DNA of 64,000 nt, taken from Gammaproteobacteria bacterium UBA3067. GTDB taxonomy: Bacteria > Pseudomonadota > Gammaproteobacteria > Pseudomonadales > UBA3067. The notes under the pieces are model-generated. The model made no database searches, was not told where the DNA came from, and saw only the letters and a program-made list of their open reading frames with translations. Location of the stretch: NCBI GenBank assembly GCA_002366835.1, contig DFBZ01000038.1, forward strand, positions 107,333-171,332, read 5' to 3'. Positions 8,533-17,993 of the stretch are shown here, piece after piece. Position 1 is the first letter of the stretch, and the number at the start of each line of letters is the position of its first letter. A program made the position numbers and the translations under genes.

Positions 8533-11082
8533 TTACTCGTTGTCGGCCCATGACTTTTTAACTAGTTGTCGTGCGTCTTCTCTATGATCAAAATATCGAT
8601 CGGTGATTAAGTCACTGAGGGAGTTAATCAGCTCGTTGAGCCTCATTAATTTTTCTTTTAAATTCGGCCGTTGGGACGACTGTTCTTGGGATAAATCTGA
8701 TAAGGATGACATTTTTATCAACACTTGTGCTTCAAGTGCAATTTGCTCTGCAGGTAAAAGTTCGTTGGTATTCGTTTGTGCTTTCGGTAGGGCATTAAGA
8801 TGGTTTAATAAGCTTTCAAGCTGAAAAAGCAGGGAACGAGGGTTACTTGTATCCAGCATCACCATGTCAAGGCAGGTCGGTACGCTGAGGTTTGCGCTGT
8901 ATCTTCTGCGGTAGCTGATTAGATTTTCCAGGCACAGTAAAACCGCAGTAATCATAATGCCTTCATCTTGCTCTTGCACACTATCACTGAGTATGTGATT
9001 GATAACGCTATTGGTTCTGTGTGCGCGTTCGAGTCGTCGACCAATTTCCATAAAGCGCCAGCCGACTCCCCTAACCATGCTCTCATGAGATAGGCCGGAG
9101 AGGGCCATAAGTGCGGTCACTAAGGGGTCCAGCGCTTCTTCTGGTGCTGTAATGGTATTGTCGTCGAAGGTATGATCAAGCTCAGTAAGTGCGTCACGAA
9201 TGTCATTAATAACGCGCAGTGTATCTGACGACACTTGCTCTCTGGATTCATCTGCACAATACAGCATAGCGTTGAGATCAGAGCGCACACTCCCTCTTCG
9301 TTTTCCGTCGGTTACAACGGAGAGTAGGTGTTCGATAGGGTCGTTAATTATGCTTTCATCGGCATCTACAAAACCCGGGAAGGTGTTTGTAACGTTAGTG
9401 ACGGCGGATAAGAGTATCTTTTTGCATTGTAAGCTTAAGGGCTCTTCACCATTAAACATGATGAATACAGTGCGCAATAAGCGCAGTGAGGCTTCTGCGC
9501 GTTCTGCGTAGCGACCCATCCAAAATAGGTTTTCCGCAACTCGACTTGGCAGGCTGATGCGGTCTGCATCTTGTCTGATTTGTGTGGACGTTTGTACTTG
9601 CGTTTGGAGAGCGAGTGGTTCGGACTCAATGATCCAGGTGTCTTTGCTTTGTGAGCCTACCTGGTTAGAAATAAAGAATTGTGATTCTTCAACGCCTACT
9701 CTCGTTAGCCCCCCTGGCATCACCGTATAAGAGGAGTCTGACGCGGTGGTAAAGCTTCGTAAAATCGCTGGTCGTGAGGTGATTTCTTTTTCACCGTAGG
9801 TGGGTAGGTGGCTTGTATCTAATATCGGTTGTGCAACATAGCCTATTTTATTTGCCTCTATTCGTGCGAGTAGGCCAGTTTGCTCTTCAGTAGATAAGCA
9901 GCCAGCGTAGATGCTTATGTCCCCGCCCCCTCGAAAGGTAGGCTTTATGACTAACTTCGAGAAATTTGAACGTATGTAACTCATATCCTTTGGGTCGTGG
10001 CACCAATAGGTCGCCACTGAGGGGAGACGCAACTCTCGACCGATAAGTGCTTTTGATATTGCAGGTAAGTATTTTAGATAGATAGGGTTTTCCAAAATAC
10101 CTGACCCTAAGGGATTCGCGATCACTACACGGCCCGCGCGCACTGGTTCTAGTAGGCCTGGCACGCCCAGAAGCGAGTCCCCGCGAAGCTCGACAGGGTC
10201 GCAGTATGAGTCATCAACACGGCGAACAATCACATCGACGCGACTCAGGCCACCAAATGACTTCATCCAGAGGTAGCCGTTACGCACGACTAAGTCCCCA
10301 TTTCGAACGAGGTGAAAGCCAAGATAGTTGGCGATGTATGCATGCTCAAAATAGCTTTCATTAAGCGCGCCAGGTGTCAGCATCACGATACGTGCTTGTT
10401 CTGGGTTTGGAGATAACGAGGTGAGCTTAGTACGAAAACGGTGGAAGAAACTGGCTAAGCGATGTACGTGGCTTTCTCGGTATAGACTGGGCAATACCCG
10501 CGACATAACGGTGCGATTTTCGAGGGCATATCCGATACCGCTGGGGTTTTGAGTGCGGTCGGAGATAACGCACATTTCTCCTCTTTGTGCATCCCGTACC
10601 ATGTCGACGCCGTGGAGAATAAGCTGGTGATCTCCTTGTAGCTGGATGCCGTCACAAGGTCTAAGAAAACCCGAGTGGGCAAACAGAGATTCTGGAGGAA
10701 GGATGCCGTGCTTTACGAGGTTCCTGGGGCCGTAAATGTCTTTAAGAAATAAGTTGAAAAGCTCGGCTCGTTCTAATAAACCTGCTTCGATTGACGCCCA
10801 TTCTTCGCTGCTTAACACATTGGGTATTAAATCTAATGACCAGGTGCTGGCAAAATCTGTGAGTTCGCTGTAAATATTGTAGGTGGCGCCATCATCTCTG
10901 AGTATGCGTAACGCTTTGGCCTTTTTTTGTTCAAGAAGAACCGGGTTAATACCTTCTAAAGTCTGAAGAAGTCGGTTCCAGTAGGGTTTAACCTCTCCAT
11001 TTTCGGCATAAACTTCATCCAGGGCGGCGTTCGACGGGCGCTGGTAAGGAAAATATTTATGCAAATCGAGTGGGCGAGACAA
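8533..11082 (-). CDS. Fusion protein: circularly permuted type-2 ATP-grasp domain plus alpha-E domain
   Basis: This 849-aa protein has an N-terminal half collinear with the stand-alone ATP-grasp protein at 15616-17070 (for example GALNESYFEHAYIANYLG versus GIFNSAYFEHAFLAQRMG, and a shared SKDTWI motif). Its C-terminal half resembles the alpha-E protein at 14669-15607 (NLFWMGRYAERAE versus RVYWIARYMERVE). Confidence 0.85.
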   Translation of the reverse strand: MSRPLDLHKYFPYQRPSNAALDEVYAENGEVKPYWNRLLQTLEGINPVLLEQKKAKALRILRDDGATYNIYSELTDFASTWSLDLIPNVLSSEEWASIEAGLLERAELFNLFLKDIYGPRNLVKHGILPPESLFAHSGFLRPCDGIQLQGDHQLILHGVDMVRDAQRGEMCVISDRTQNPSGIGYALENRTVMSRVLPSLYRESHVHRLASFFHRFRTKLTSLSPNPEQARIVMLTPGALNESYFEHAYIANYLGFHLVRNGDLVVRNGYLWMKSFGGLSRVDVIVRRVDDSYCDPVELRGDSLLGVPGLLEPVRAGRVVIANPLGSGILENPIYLKYLPAISKALIGRELRLPSVATYWCHDPKDMSYIRSNFSKLVIKPTFRGGGDISIYAGCLSTEEQTGLLARIEANKIGYVAQPILDTSHLPTYGEKEITSRPAILRSFTTASDSSYTVMPGGLTRVGVEESQFFISNQVGSQSKDTWIIESEPLALQTQVQTSTQIRQDADRISLPSRVAENLFWMGRYAERAEASLRLLRTVFIMFNGEEPLSLQCKKILLSAVTNVTNTFPGFVDADESIINDPIEHLLSVVTDGKRRGSVRSDLNAMLYCADESREQVSSDTLRVINDIRDALTELDHTFDDNTITAPEEALDPLVTALMALSGLSHESMVRGVGWRFMEIGRRLERAHRTNSVINHILSDSVQEQDEGIMITAVLLCLENLISYRRRYSANLSVPTCLDMVMLDTSNPRSLLFQLESLLNHLNALPKAQTNTNELLPAEQIALEAQVLIKMSSLSDLSQEQSSQRPNLKEKLMRLNELINSLSDLITDRYFDHREDARQLVKKSWADNE

Positions 11083-11218
11083 GTGAACTCCAAAATATCA
11101 AAGGCTTATGTCGGGTATGATATAAATGAATATCCGCCAACGAAGCCGGCATTATCCCACCCGTGTGAATTAAGGCAAGCCGGCTTTTGGCGCTAGAAAT
11201 TATTATCTGAAAGCCCCG

Positions 11219-14200
11219 CTAGCTGGGGCGCAATCGTCTCATATCGAGTGTACAGGGGTAATCGTTGTGGGGCTCTTTCTGTGGAGACTGCATTACTTTA
11301 CCTTGGTGGTTGGGGAAAAACTCCCTCACGCCGTCTAAATTGGGTTTGGGGGTAAAGCTTCCTTGGCTATGGCTAACGGTATTGAAGCGATTAACCCTGC
11401 GGGACTCAGCTTCGACAGCGTTAACAGGAAAGTTTTCGTAGCTGCGCCCACCCGGATGGGATACGTGATAACTACAACCTCCGATAGAGCGCCCATTCCA
11501 GGTATCAATGAGGTCAAAGGTGAGAGGGGTGTGCAGTCCGATCGTAGGATGCAGGGCTGATGGCGGTGCCCAAGCTCTATAGCGTACTCCTGCGACATAC
11601 TCACCTTTGCGGCTTGTTTGTCGTAACGGGATATGCCTCCCATTACACGCTAAAGTATAACGGCCTTCGGTCAGACCGCTCACCTTGACTTGCAAGCGTT
11701 CTATGGATGAATCCACATAGCGGGAGGTGCCAAAGCTGCCTATTTCTTCCCCCAGCACATGCCATGGTTCGATGGCCCAGCGTAATTCAATTTCCATGTT
11801 TTCGATGGCAACACGCCCGTAATGGGGAAATCGAAACTCTTCAAATGGTAGGAGCCACTCTGCTTTAAATTCGAGACCATGGTCGTTTAAATCCTGAACG
11901 ACTTCTTTAATATCCTGCCAGATATAGTGGGGCAACATAAACTGATCGTGTAGGGTGGTTCCCCACCGAACGAGTGGCTTTTTGTACGGCTCTTTCCAGA
12001 ATCTTGCGACTAATGCCCGGATAAGCAGTGCCTGTACCAAGGACATCTGGCTATGGGGGGGCATCTCAAAACCTCGAAACTCTAAGATGCCTAGGCGCCC
12101 AGTGGTACCACTAGGAGAATAAAGCTTATCAATACAGAATTCGGCGCGGTGAGTGTTGCCAGTGATATCGATTAGAATGTTGCGCAATAAGCGATCAATC
12201 AACCAGGGTTGGCTGGATAGTCCATCGGGCATTTGCTCAAAGGCTATTTCAAGCTCATAAAGCATTTCATCGCGGCCTTCATCTACTCTTGGAGCTTGAC
12301 TTGTGGGGCCGATAAATGTTCCCGAGAATAGGTAGGATAGACTCGGGTGGTGCTGCCAAAAGGTGATTAAACTCCGCAATAAATCTGGGCGACGGAGTAG
12401 GGGGCTGTCGTTAGGAGTGGTTCCACCGAGAGTGATGTGGTTCCCACCACCGGTGCCTGTATGGCGACCATCGAGCATAAATTTTTCTGTGCTAAGTTGT
12501 GACTTCTTCGCTAACTGATACAGCGTTTGAGTATTGTCGACAAGTTCGCGCCAGTTCGCGCTGGGATGGATGTTGACCTCAATAACACCCGGGTCGGGTG
12601 TTACCAGTAGTTTTTGTAGGCGGGGGTCCTTCGGTGGCTCGTAACCTTCGAGCACAATGGGAAGTTTTAGGTGGTTTGCGGTTTCCTCTATCGCAGTTAT
12701 CAGCAGCAAGTAGCTTTCTAGGCTGCGCAGAGGAGGCAGAAATATGTGTAACTTGCCTTCGCGTGGTTCGATACAAAGTGCGGTAATGATCCAGTCGCCT
12801 GATTCGCGTTCTTTCTCGCGTTGCTTTTTAGCTTCAAGACGCTTCTTCTCGTCCTCTTTCTGCGCTTTGCTGAGTTTTCGCTTCTTCTTTGGTTCTTCTG
12901 CTTCGTTCTCGACTGCTTTGCCGGCAGCAAAGTCATCACGACTCAATAGGCTGGGACGCTCTTCGAATGTATCACGCTCAATGACGGGGCGTTCCGATGT
13001 TTGTATTTCACTCAGCGGTAAACGTAAACCCATGGGGGAGTCGCCGGGGATTAGTACCAGTTCATTTCGCCGAAAGCGCCACCGGCTACTCATCCAGACC
13101 TGCAGGTCTTCATCCCACTCCACGGGCACAACAAAGCCGGTGGTATCTTTTAATCCATCTTCGAGTAGGCGCAATAGTTTTTTTCTATCGAGGTCGCCTT
13201 TTTCCTTGGCCTTTTGTAGATCTAGTTGAATAGGGAGCTTTAGTTCTTCGCTTAAATAATGAAAGATATCTTCGTAAGCGGGGTGTAAGAATTTTTCAGT
13301 GAGCCCCAAGCGCTTGGTGAGCTCAACAACAAAGCGCTCGGCGTCTTTAATTGTGTGGCCATAATCTTGATCGATGCGTGCCAGTAAGCGAGGGTCATTC
13401 CAAGTAGGCTCGCCATCTTTTCGCCAAAAAAGCCCTAGCGCCCAGCGAGGGAGCTCCTCTCCGGGGTACCATTTGCCTTGTCCATAATGTAAAAAGCCCT
13501 TGGGTGCAAACTCATCCCGCAGGTGTAACAAAAGCGTTTTAGCAAGACGTAGCTTATCTTCACCGAGGGCTTCAGTATTCCATTGGGCTGACTCCATGTC
13601 ATCGACGGAAACAAATGTCGGCTCTCCCCCCATAGTGAGGCGAATGTCATTGCTATCTAATAAAGACTCTACATGATCCCCGAGTTGCAAAATCTCATTC
13701 CATTGGTTGTCACTATACGGCTTAGTGACTCTCGGGTCTTCGAGAACGCGTATAACCTCGTTGCTATAGTCGAACTCAACTTCGCACTTGTCCATTCCCC
13801 CTTCAATCGGCGCTGCGGAGGCTGGCTCAGGGGTGCAAGCCAGAGGAATGTGCCCCTCTGAGGTGAAGAGCCCTGAAGTTGGGTCAAGACCAATCCAGCC
13901 TGCACCGGGAATATATACTTCACACCAAGCGTGGAGGTCAGTGAAGTCGGATTCTGGTCCCGATGGCCCATCGATCGATTTTTCGTCAGAGGTCAACTGC
14001 ACGAGGTATCCCGACGCAAACCGAGAGGCAATACCTAAATGCCGAAATAGCTGAGCCAGCAACCAGGCCGAATCACGGCATGAGCCGCTACCCAGCTTCA
14101 GGGTTTTTTCAGGCGTCTGAACACCAGGTTCCATCCTTAGGCAATAATCAATTTTGTCATATATGAGCTGATTGACTTCCACCAGAAAATCATTCATTTC

Positions 14201-14617
14201 ACGCTTTTCTAAAGAAATAGAATTCAGTAATTCCTTAAAGAGGGGGCTGGCTCTTCGTTTTGCAAGATACGGTGTGAGCTCTTTTTTAACTTGTCGAGAA
14301 TACTGAAATGGGAAGTGCTCTGCATAATCTTCTACAAAAAAATCAAACGGATTAATGCTTGTCATATCTGCAATGACTTCTACATCAACACTCAGGTGAT
14401 CAGTCTTTTCCGGAAAAACAATTCGGGCTAAGTAATTACCAAAAGCATCCTGCTGCCAATTTATAAAATGCTTTTCAGGTGAAATTTTAAGGCTATAGCT
14501 GTGAATATGGGTGCGACTATGAGGGGCTGGACGGAGACGAATGGAATGGGCTGAAAGGTTTACGCGCTTATCAAACTTATAATGGGTCTTGTGTTGTAAT
14601 GCTACACGAATTGTCAT
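11219..14617 (-). CDS. Large transglutaminase-family protein (N-terminal transglutaminase module plus DUF2126-like C-terminal region)
   Basis: This 1132-aa protein carries SGSCRDSAWLLAQLFRHLGIASRFASGY, LHAWCEVY and GLDPTSG core motifs. A Lys/Glu-rich low-complexity linker separates the two halves. Confidence 0.85.
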   Translation of the reverse strand: MTIRVALQHKTHYKFDKRVNLSAHSIRLRPAPHSRTHIHSYSLKISPEKHFINWQQDAFGNYLARIVFPEKTDHLSVDVEVIADMTSINPFDFFVEDYAEHFPFQYSRQVKKELTPYLAKRRASPLFKELLNSISLEKREMNDFLVEVNQLIYDKIDYCLRMEPGVQTPEKTLKLGSGSCRDSAWLLAQLFRHLGIASRFASGYLVQLTSDEKSIDGPSGPESDFTDLHAWCEVYIPGAGWIGLDPTSGLFTSEGHIPLACTPEPASAAPIEGGMDKCEVEFDYSNEVIRVLEDPRVTKPYSDNQWNEILQLGDHVESLLDSNDIRLTMGGEPTFVSVDDMESAQWNTEALGEDKLRLAKTLLLHLRDEFAPKGFLHYGQGKWYPGEELPRWALGLFWRKDGEPTWNDPRLLARIDQDYGHTIKDAERFVVELTKRLGLTEKFLHPAYEDIFHYLSEELKLPIQLDLQKAKEKGDLDRKKLLRLLEDGLKDTTGFVVPVEWDEDLQVWMSSRWRFRRNELVLIPGDSPMGLRLPLSEIQTSERPVIERDTFEERPSLLSRDDFAAGKAVENEAEEPKKKRKLSKAQKEDEKKRLEAKKQREKERESGDWIITALCIEPREGKLHIFLPPLRSLESYLLLITAIEETANHLKLPIVLEGYEPPKDPRLQKLLVTPDPGVIEVNIHPSANWRELVDNTQTLYQLAKKSQLSTEKFMLDGRHTGTGGGNHITLGGTTPNDSPLLRRPDLLRSLITFWQHHPSLSYLFSGTFIGPTSQAPRVDEGRDEMLYELEIAFEQMPDGLSSQPWLIDRLLRNILIDITGNTHRAEFCIDKLYSPSGTTGRLGILEFRGFEMPPHSQMSLVQALLIRALVARFWKEPYKKPLVRWGTTLHDQFMLPHYIWQDIKEVVQDLNDHGLEFKAEWLLPFEEFRFPHYGRVAIENMEIELRWAIEPWHVLGEEIGSFGTSRYVDSSIERLQVKVSGLTEGRYTLACNGRHIPLRQTSRKGEYVAGVRYRAWAPPSALHPTIGLHTPLTFDLIDTWNGRSIGGCSYHVSHPGGRSYENFPVNAVEAESRRVNRFNTVSHSQGSFTPKPNLDGVREFFPNHQGKVMQSPQKEPHNDYPCTLDMRRLRPS

Positions 14618-14668
14618 ACAAATACCTTTCTAGTTAACCTATATATAGCGTAAAGGAAGGGGGATAGA

Positions 14669-15607
14669 TTAATCCCATCTCGGAAACCAAGTATCACAGA
14701 TGACTTGGTGTATCTCGCCATGGTAAATCTGCAACTGGTTTAAGTATTGACTTAGCTCGCTGTTTAATTCTGTGTATGGTTGCGTATTTCTTTTAAGGTC
14801 CTCCTGTATGTCGCTAAGTTTTTGAATTACTTTTTTAGAGCTTGGTAACTTCGTGCTGTTTGCCAGAAGGGAATGGTGACAGAATGTAATTGAGCGAGGG
14901 AAGTCGGTATTATCAAGCAAAAACTCCAGCACCGGGCCAGGTTTAATGGTTGATCGCATAATCCGACGATAAGCCTGATCTGCGCATAATGAACGGAGTA
15001 CGTTGCCTAGAACAATTTGTCGACTATTGATCGCTCCATCGTCATCTGACAGTACTATGTAGGCAGTTGTGCCAGCGTCGAGTATCCGAGTTGTCATGTC
15101 TGCGCGCTCAAGGTTTCTTCCTAAACAAAGAAATTGCCACGGTGCGTCATGTGGCATACTTCCGTACAACATGCCCAAGATCTGTTGGCAGCCCTTAATG
15201 ATGTGATTGAGAAACTCATGGCGCTGGCGTCGATTGATGCCTTGGTTGATATTTTCTTCCACAAACATGCTCAGTTCATTTGTAAGCTCCCAAGTTGCTT
15301 CGGGAACCACATCCCTTGTTGTACGAACGTTTTCTCTCACTGATTTAAGCGAGGAGAAAACAGACGCTGGGTTTGTGGAGTCGCCCAGTAAAAACTTGAT
15401 AACGTTACGCTCATTTTTTACCGAATAACGCTGATCAAATTCCGTTTCTAAACTATTAATAACAATTAAATTGTACCAGTCTATATTAACGGATCGAGGC
15501 AAATCAAAAAGTAAGTTATCGTAGATACTGATTAATCTAGCGGTACTTTCGACCCGTTCCATATACCTCGCTATCCAGTAAACACGCTCTGCAACTTTTG
15601 ATAACAT
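14669..15607 (-). CDS. Alpha-E domain-containing protein
   Basis: A 312-aa helical protein with the N-terminal motif VAERVYWIARYMERVE that is typical of alpha-E proteins partnered with circularly permuted ATP-grasp enzymes. It lies 8 nt downstream of the ATP-grasp gene. Confidence 0.8.
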   Translation of the reverse strand: MLSKVAERVYWIARYMERVESTARLISIYDNLLFDLPRSVNIDWYNLIVINSLETEFDQRYSVKNERNVIKFLLGDSTNPASVFSSLKSVRENVRTTRDVVPEATWELTNELSMFVEENINQGINRRQRHEFLNHIIKGCQQILGMLYGSMPHDAPWQFLCLGRNLERADMTTRILDAGTTAYIVLSDDDGAINSRQIVLGNVLRSLCADQAYRRIMRSTIKPGPVLEFLLDNTDFPRSITFCHHSLLANSTKLPSSKKVIQKLSDIQEDLKRNTQPYTELNSELSQYLNQLQIYHGEIHQVICDTWFPRWD

Positions 15608-15615
15608 AGGCCTAA

Positions 15616-17070
15616 TTATCCTCTCTCTGTGTCGACGATCCAGGTGTCTTTACTTCCGCCACCTTGTGAAGAGTTAACCACTAACGATCCTTCTTTCATT
15701 GCGACTCGCGTTAATCCTCCAGTGGTAACAAAACTCGAATTTGATTGCAATATAAATGGTCTTAGGTCGACATGTCGTGCGCCCAACTCGTTATTACCAG
15801 TGATGGTTGGTGCAGTGGACAATGCTAAGGTAGGCTGAGCAATATAATTCCGAGGGTTCTTTTTTATCAGTTGGGCAAAGGTCTCCCTTTCTTTTTTGGT
15901 TGAATGAGGGCCTATTAAAATACCATAGCCCCCTGATTCATTTGCCGGTTTTACGACAAGCTTGTCGAGGTTTTCTAGAACAAAGGAACGTTGTGCATCG
16001 TCATAGCACAAATAGGTTTCTACGTTAGGAATCAGCGGGTCTTGATCGAGGTAATACTTAATCATTTTCGGCACAAAGGCATAGATCACCTTATCATCTG
16101 CCACTCCCGCACCGGGAGCATTTGCCATCGCTATATTTCCATCACGCCATGCACGCATTAAGCCTGCGACACCTAGGGTGGAGTGCTTGTTAAATACTTC
16201 GGGGTCAAGAAATTCATCATCAATGCGTCGATACATGACATCCACCCGCTTTAATCCGGCTATAGTTTTCATGTATACGCAATTATCAGACTGCACAATG
16301 AGGTCGCTTCCTTCTACGAGTTCGGCTCCCATACGTTGTGCCAAAAACGCATGCTCAAAATAAGCGGAATTAAAAATGCCCGGTGTAAGGACGACAACGC
16401 AAGGTTCTTTGTTTTTTCTTGGTGATAAGCTGGATAGTGTTTCTAGCAATTTGTCGGGATAATCGTTAACAGGGGCTATATCGACTTTCTCGAAAATCTC
16501 GGGAAAAATACGCTTCATAATGGAGCGATTTTCTAACATGTATGACACACCAGAGGGCACTCTTAGGTTATCTTCAAGGACATAGAACTCGCCATCTGCA
16601 TCCCGCACCAGGTCTGTGCCACAAATATGTGCCCATACTCCAAAGGGCGGGGATATCCCTTCGCACTCCTTGCGATAATTTTTCGACTGATCAAATACGA
16701 ACTTCGGTATAACGCCGTCTTTTATGATTTTTTGATCATGATAAAGGTCATCTATAAAGAGGTTTAGTGCCTGTAAGCGCTGGATCAAGCCGGCTGACGT
16801 TTTCTCCCACTGGCGCTTACTAATGACCCTCGGGATGATATCGAAAGGCCAGGCACGATCAATACTTCCTTCCTCTGTATAAACCGTAAAGCTCACCCCC
16901 ATTTCTCTTATGGTCGCTTCTGCAGCTTGCTGTCGGCTATTTAAATCGGACTCTTCAAGAGACTTTAGATAGGAGACGAGTTTCTGGGCTGGTTTTCGCG
17001 CGCGGGTAGGAGAACTGATGAGTTCATCATAAAATTTATCTGATTGGTACTTGTTCCACGTTTCTTTCAT
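15616..17070 (-). CDS. Circularly permuted type-2 ATP-grasp protein
   Basis: About 484 aa counting from the ATG at 17070 (MKETWNKYQSDKFYDEL...). The ORF track extends it to a GTG at 17106, and neither start has a clear SD. It is paralogous to the N-terminal half of the gene at 8533-11082. Confidence 0.85.
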   Translation of the reverse strand: MKETWNKYQSDKFYDELISSPTRARKPAQKLVSYLKSLEESDLNSRQQAAEATIREMGVSFTVYTEEGSIDRAWPFDIIPRVISKRQWEKTSAGLIQRLQALNLFIDDLYHDQKIIKDGVIPKFVFDQSKNYRKECEGISPPFGVWAHICGTDLVRDADGEFYVLEDNLRVPSGVSYMLENRSIMKRIFPEIFEKVDIAPVNDYPDKLLETLSSLSPRKNKEPCVVVLTPGIFNSAYFEHAFLAQRMGAELVEGSDLIVQSDNCVYMKTIAGLKRVDVMYRRIDDEFLDPEVFNKHSTLGVAGLMRAWRDGNIAMANAPGAGVADDKVIYAFVPKMIKYYLDQDPLIPNVETYLCYDDAQRSFVLENLDKLVVKPANESGGYGILIGPHSTKKERETFAQLIKKNPRNYIAQPTLALSTAPTITGNNELGARHVDLRPFILQSNSSFVTTGGLTRVAMKEGSLVVNSSQGGGSKDTWIVDTERG

Positions 17071-17624
17071 ATAATTAAGTCCATGAGTCAACACATAAAA
17101 AGACACTCAATGGTATTTATATAAAGCATAGAGCATGCCAAACCCATCAGAGGGATCAGTCAAAGTGGTCGGAGTAATTGGTATTTTGAATCCAATCAGA
17201 GCGGGAATAGTTGCGCTATCTTGTTGAAGACCCCCGGTCGAGCTATTAATGGCCACCAGGTTGTCTTTTGTCTTTTGTCTGATTTCGCTCGGCTTGGTCT
17301 CACGGACAGCTCTGCTTAATACCTGCGCCGCAGTCTGATGACTGGTTGCACGGGCCGCTCTCTCCGCAGCGCTACAGCTGGCCCTTGGCGATCGAGCAGC
17401 GGCAGTTGATGTTTATCCGGTGAGTCGGGAGGTGAATAACCCGCGCAACCAATGCGCGGATTTAATTCGGCGGCTGGGTTGATGGGTTGCTACGTCAATA
17501 GGGTAAGACCAGGTCGGAGGCTTCATCTTCTGACGGTGGTTTTACTCATGCCCACAGATTCAATACAAAACGCCACTCATTCTTTTCAATCTGACGCTTA
17601 TCTAACAATTAGACACAAAACTGT

Positions 17625-17815
17625 TCACTACTTCATTTTTAAAGTAAGTAAAATAGACCTATATCTGGCTGCTAGAGTTCGCTGACTTGGTGTCAGGTAT
17701 ACGGAGAAATTAAGCGAAGAATCAGAGTTTGAACGTGTAAATGAGCAAAGGCTACCCTGTGAAGCGAGTTGGGTACTTTTGGTGCGACTTTTCAAGAAAA
17801 AAGTAGGTGCCTTAA
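17625..17815. repeat. Degenerate relative (element C) of the hairpin-element family
   Basis: gagcaaaggctaccctgtgaagcgagttgggtac (17743-17776) aligns by eye with gagcaagga...gggctacatgaggagttgagtac in element A. The end agtaggtgccttaa resembles the arm end agagatgcccttaa. The imperfect arm candidates are 17626-17650 and 17788-17812. Confidence 0.35.
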
Positions 17816-17993
17816 ACAGCGAGGCAGCTGGCCAAATCGCCATAACTTCAGCAACCTACGTTACAAAACATACACAGCTTTTTGCCTACTAGCACACCGT
17901 GCGGTCTTTATCGAAACATAACCTACTTTGTAAAGACGAGTAGGCTATTAAAGAAGCTACTAGATATATAGTAACCCTAAAGGTCATTGAATT

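Noticed and set aside
12744-13229. A 161-aa plus-strand ORF, and the neighbouring track ORFs 12579-12776 (-), 12598-12786 (+), 12718-12939 (-) and 12997-13233 (+), within the 1132-aa transglutaminase gene region
   Set aside because: These ORFs lie either antisense or out of frame relative to a gene with clear catalytic motifs. The Ser/Arg/Phe-rich sequence is the mirror of the Lys/Glu-rich insert.
17280-17530. A possible riboswitch, suggested by the TPP-like string ttaatacctgcg and the cobalamin B12-box-like string aagaccaggtcgg
   Set aside because: Only isolated short strings match. The other conserved elements (CTGAGA for TPP; GCCACTG and the GGGAA...GGTG core for cobalamin) are absent, and no appropriately placed downstream gene exists.
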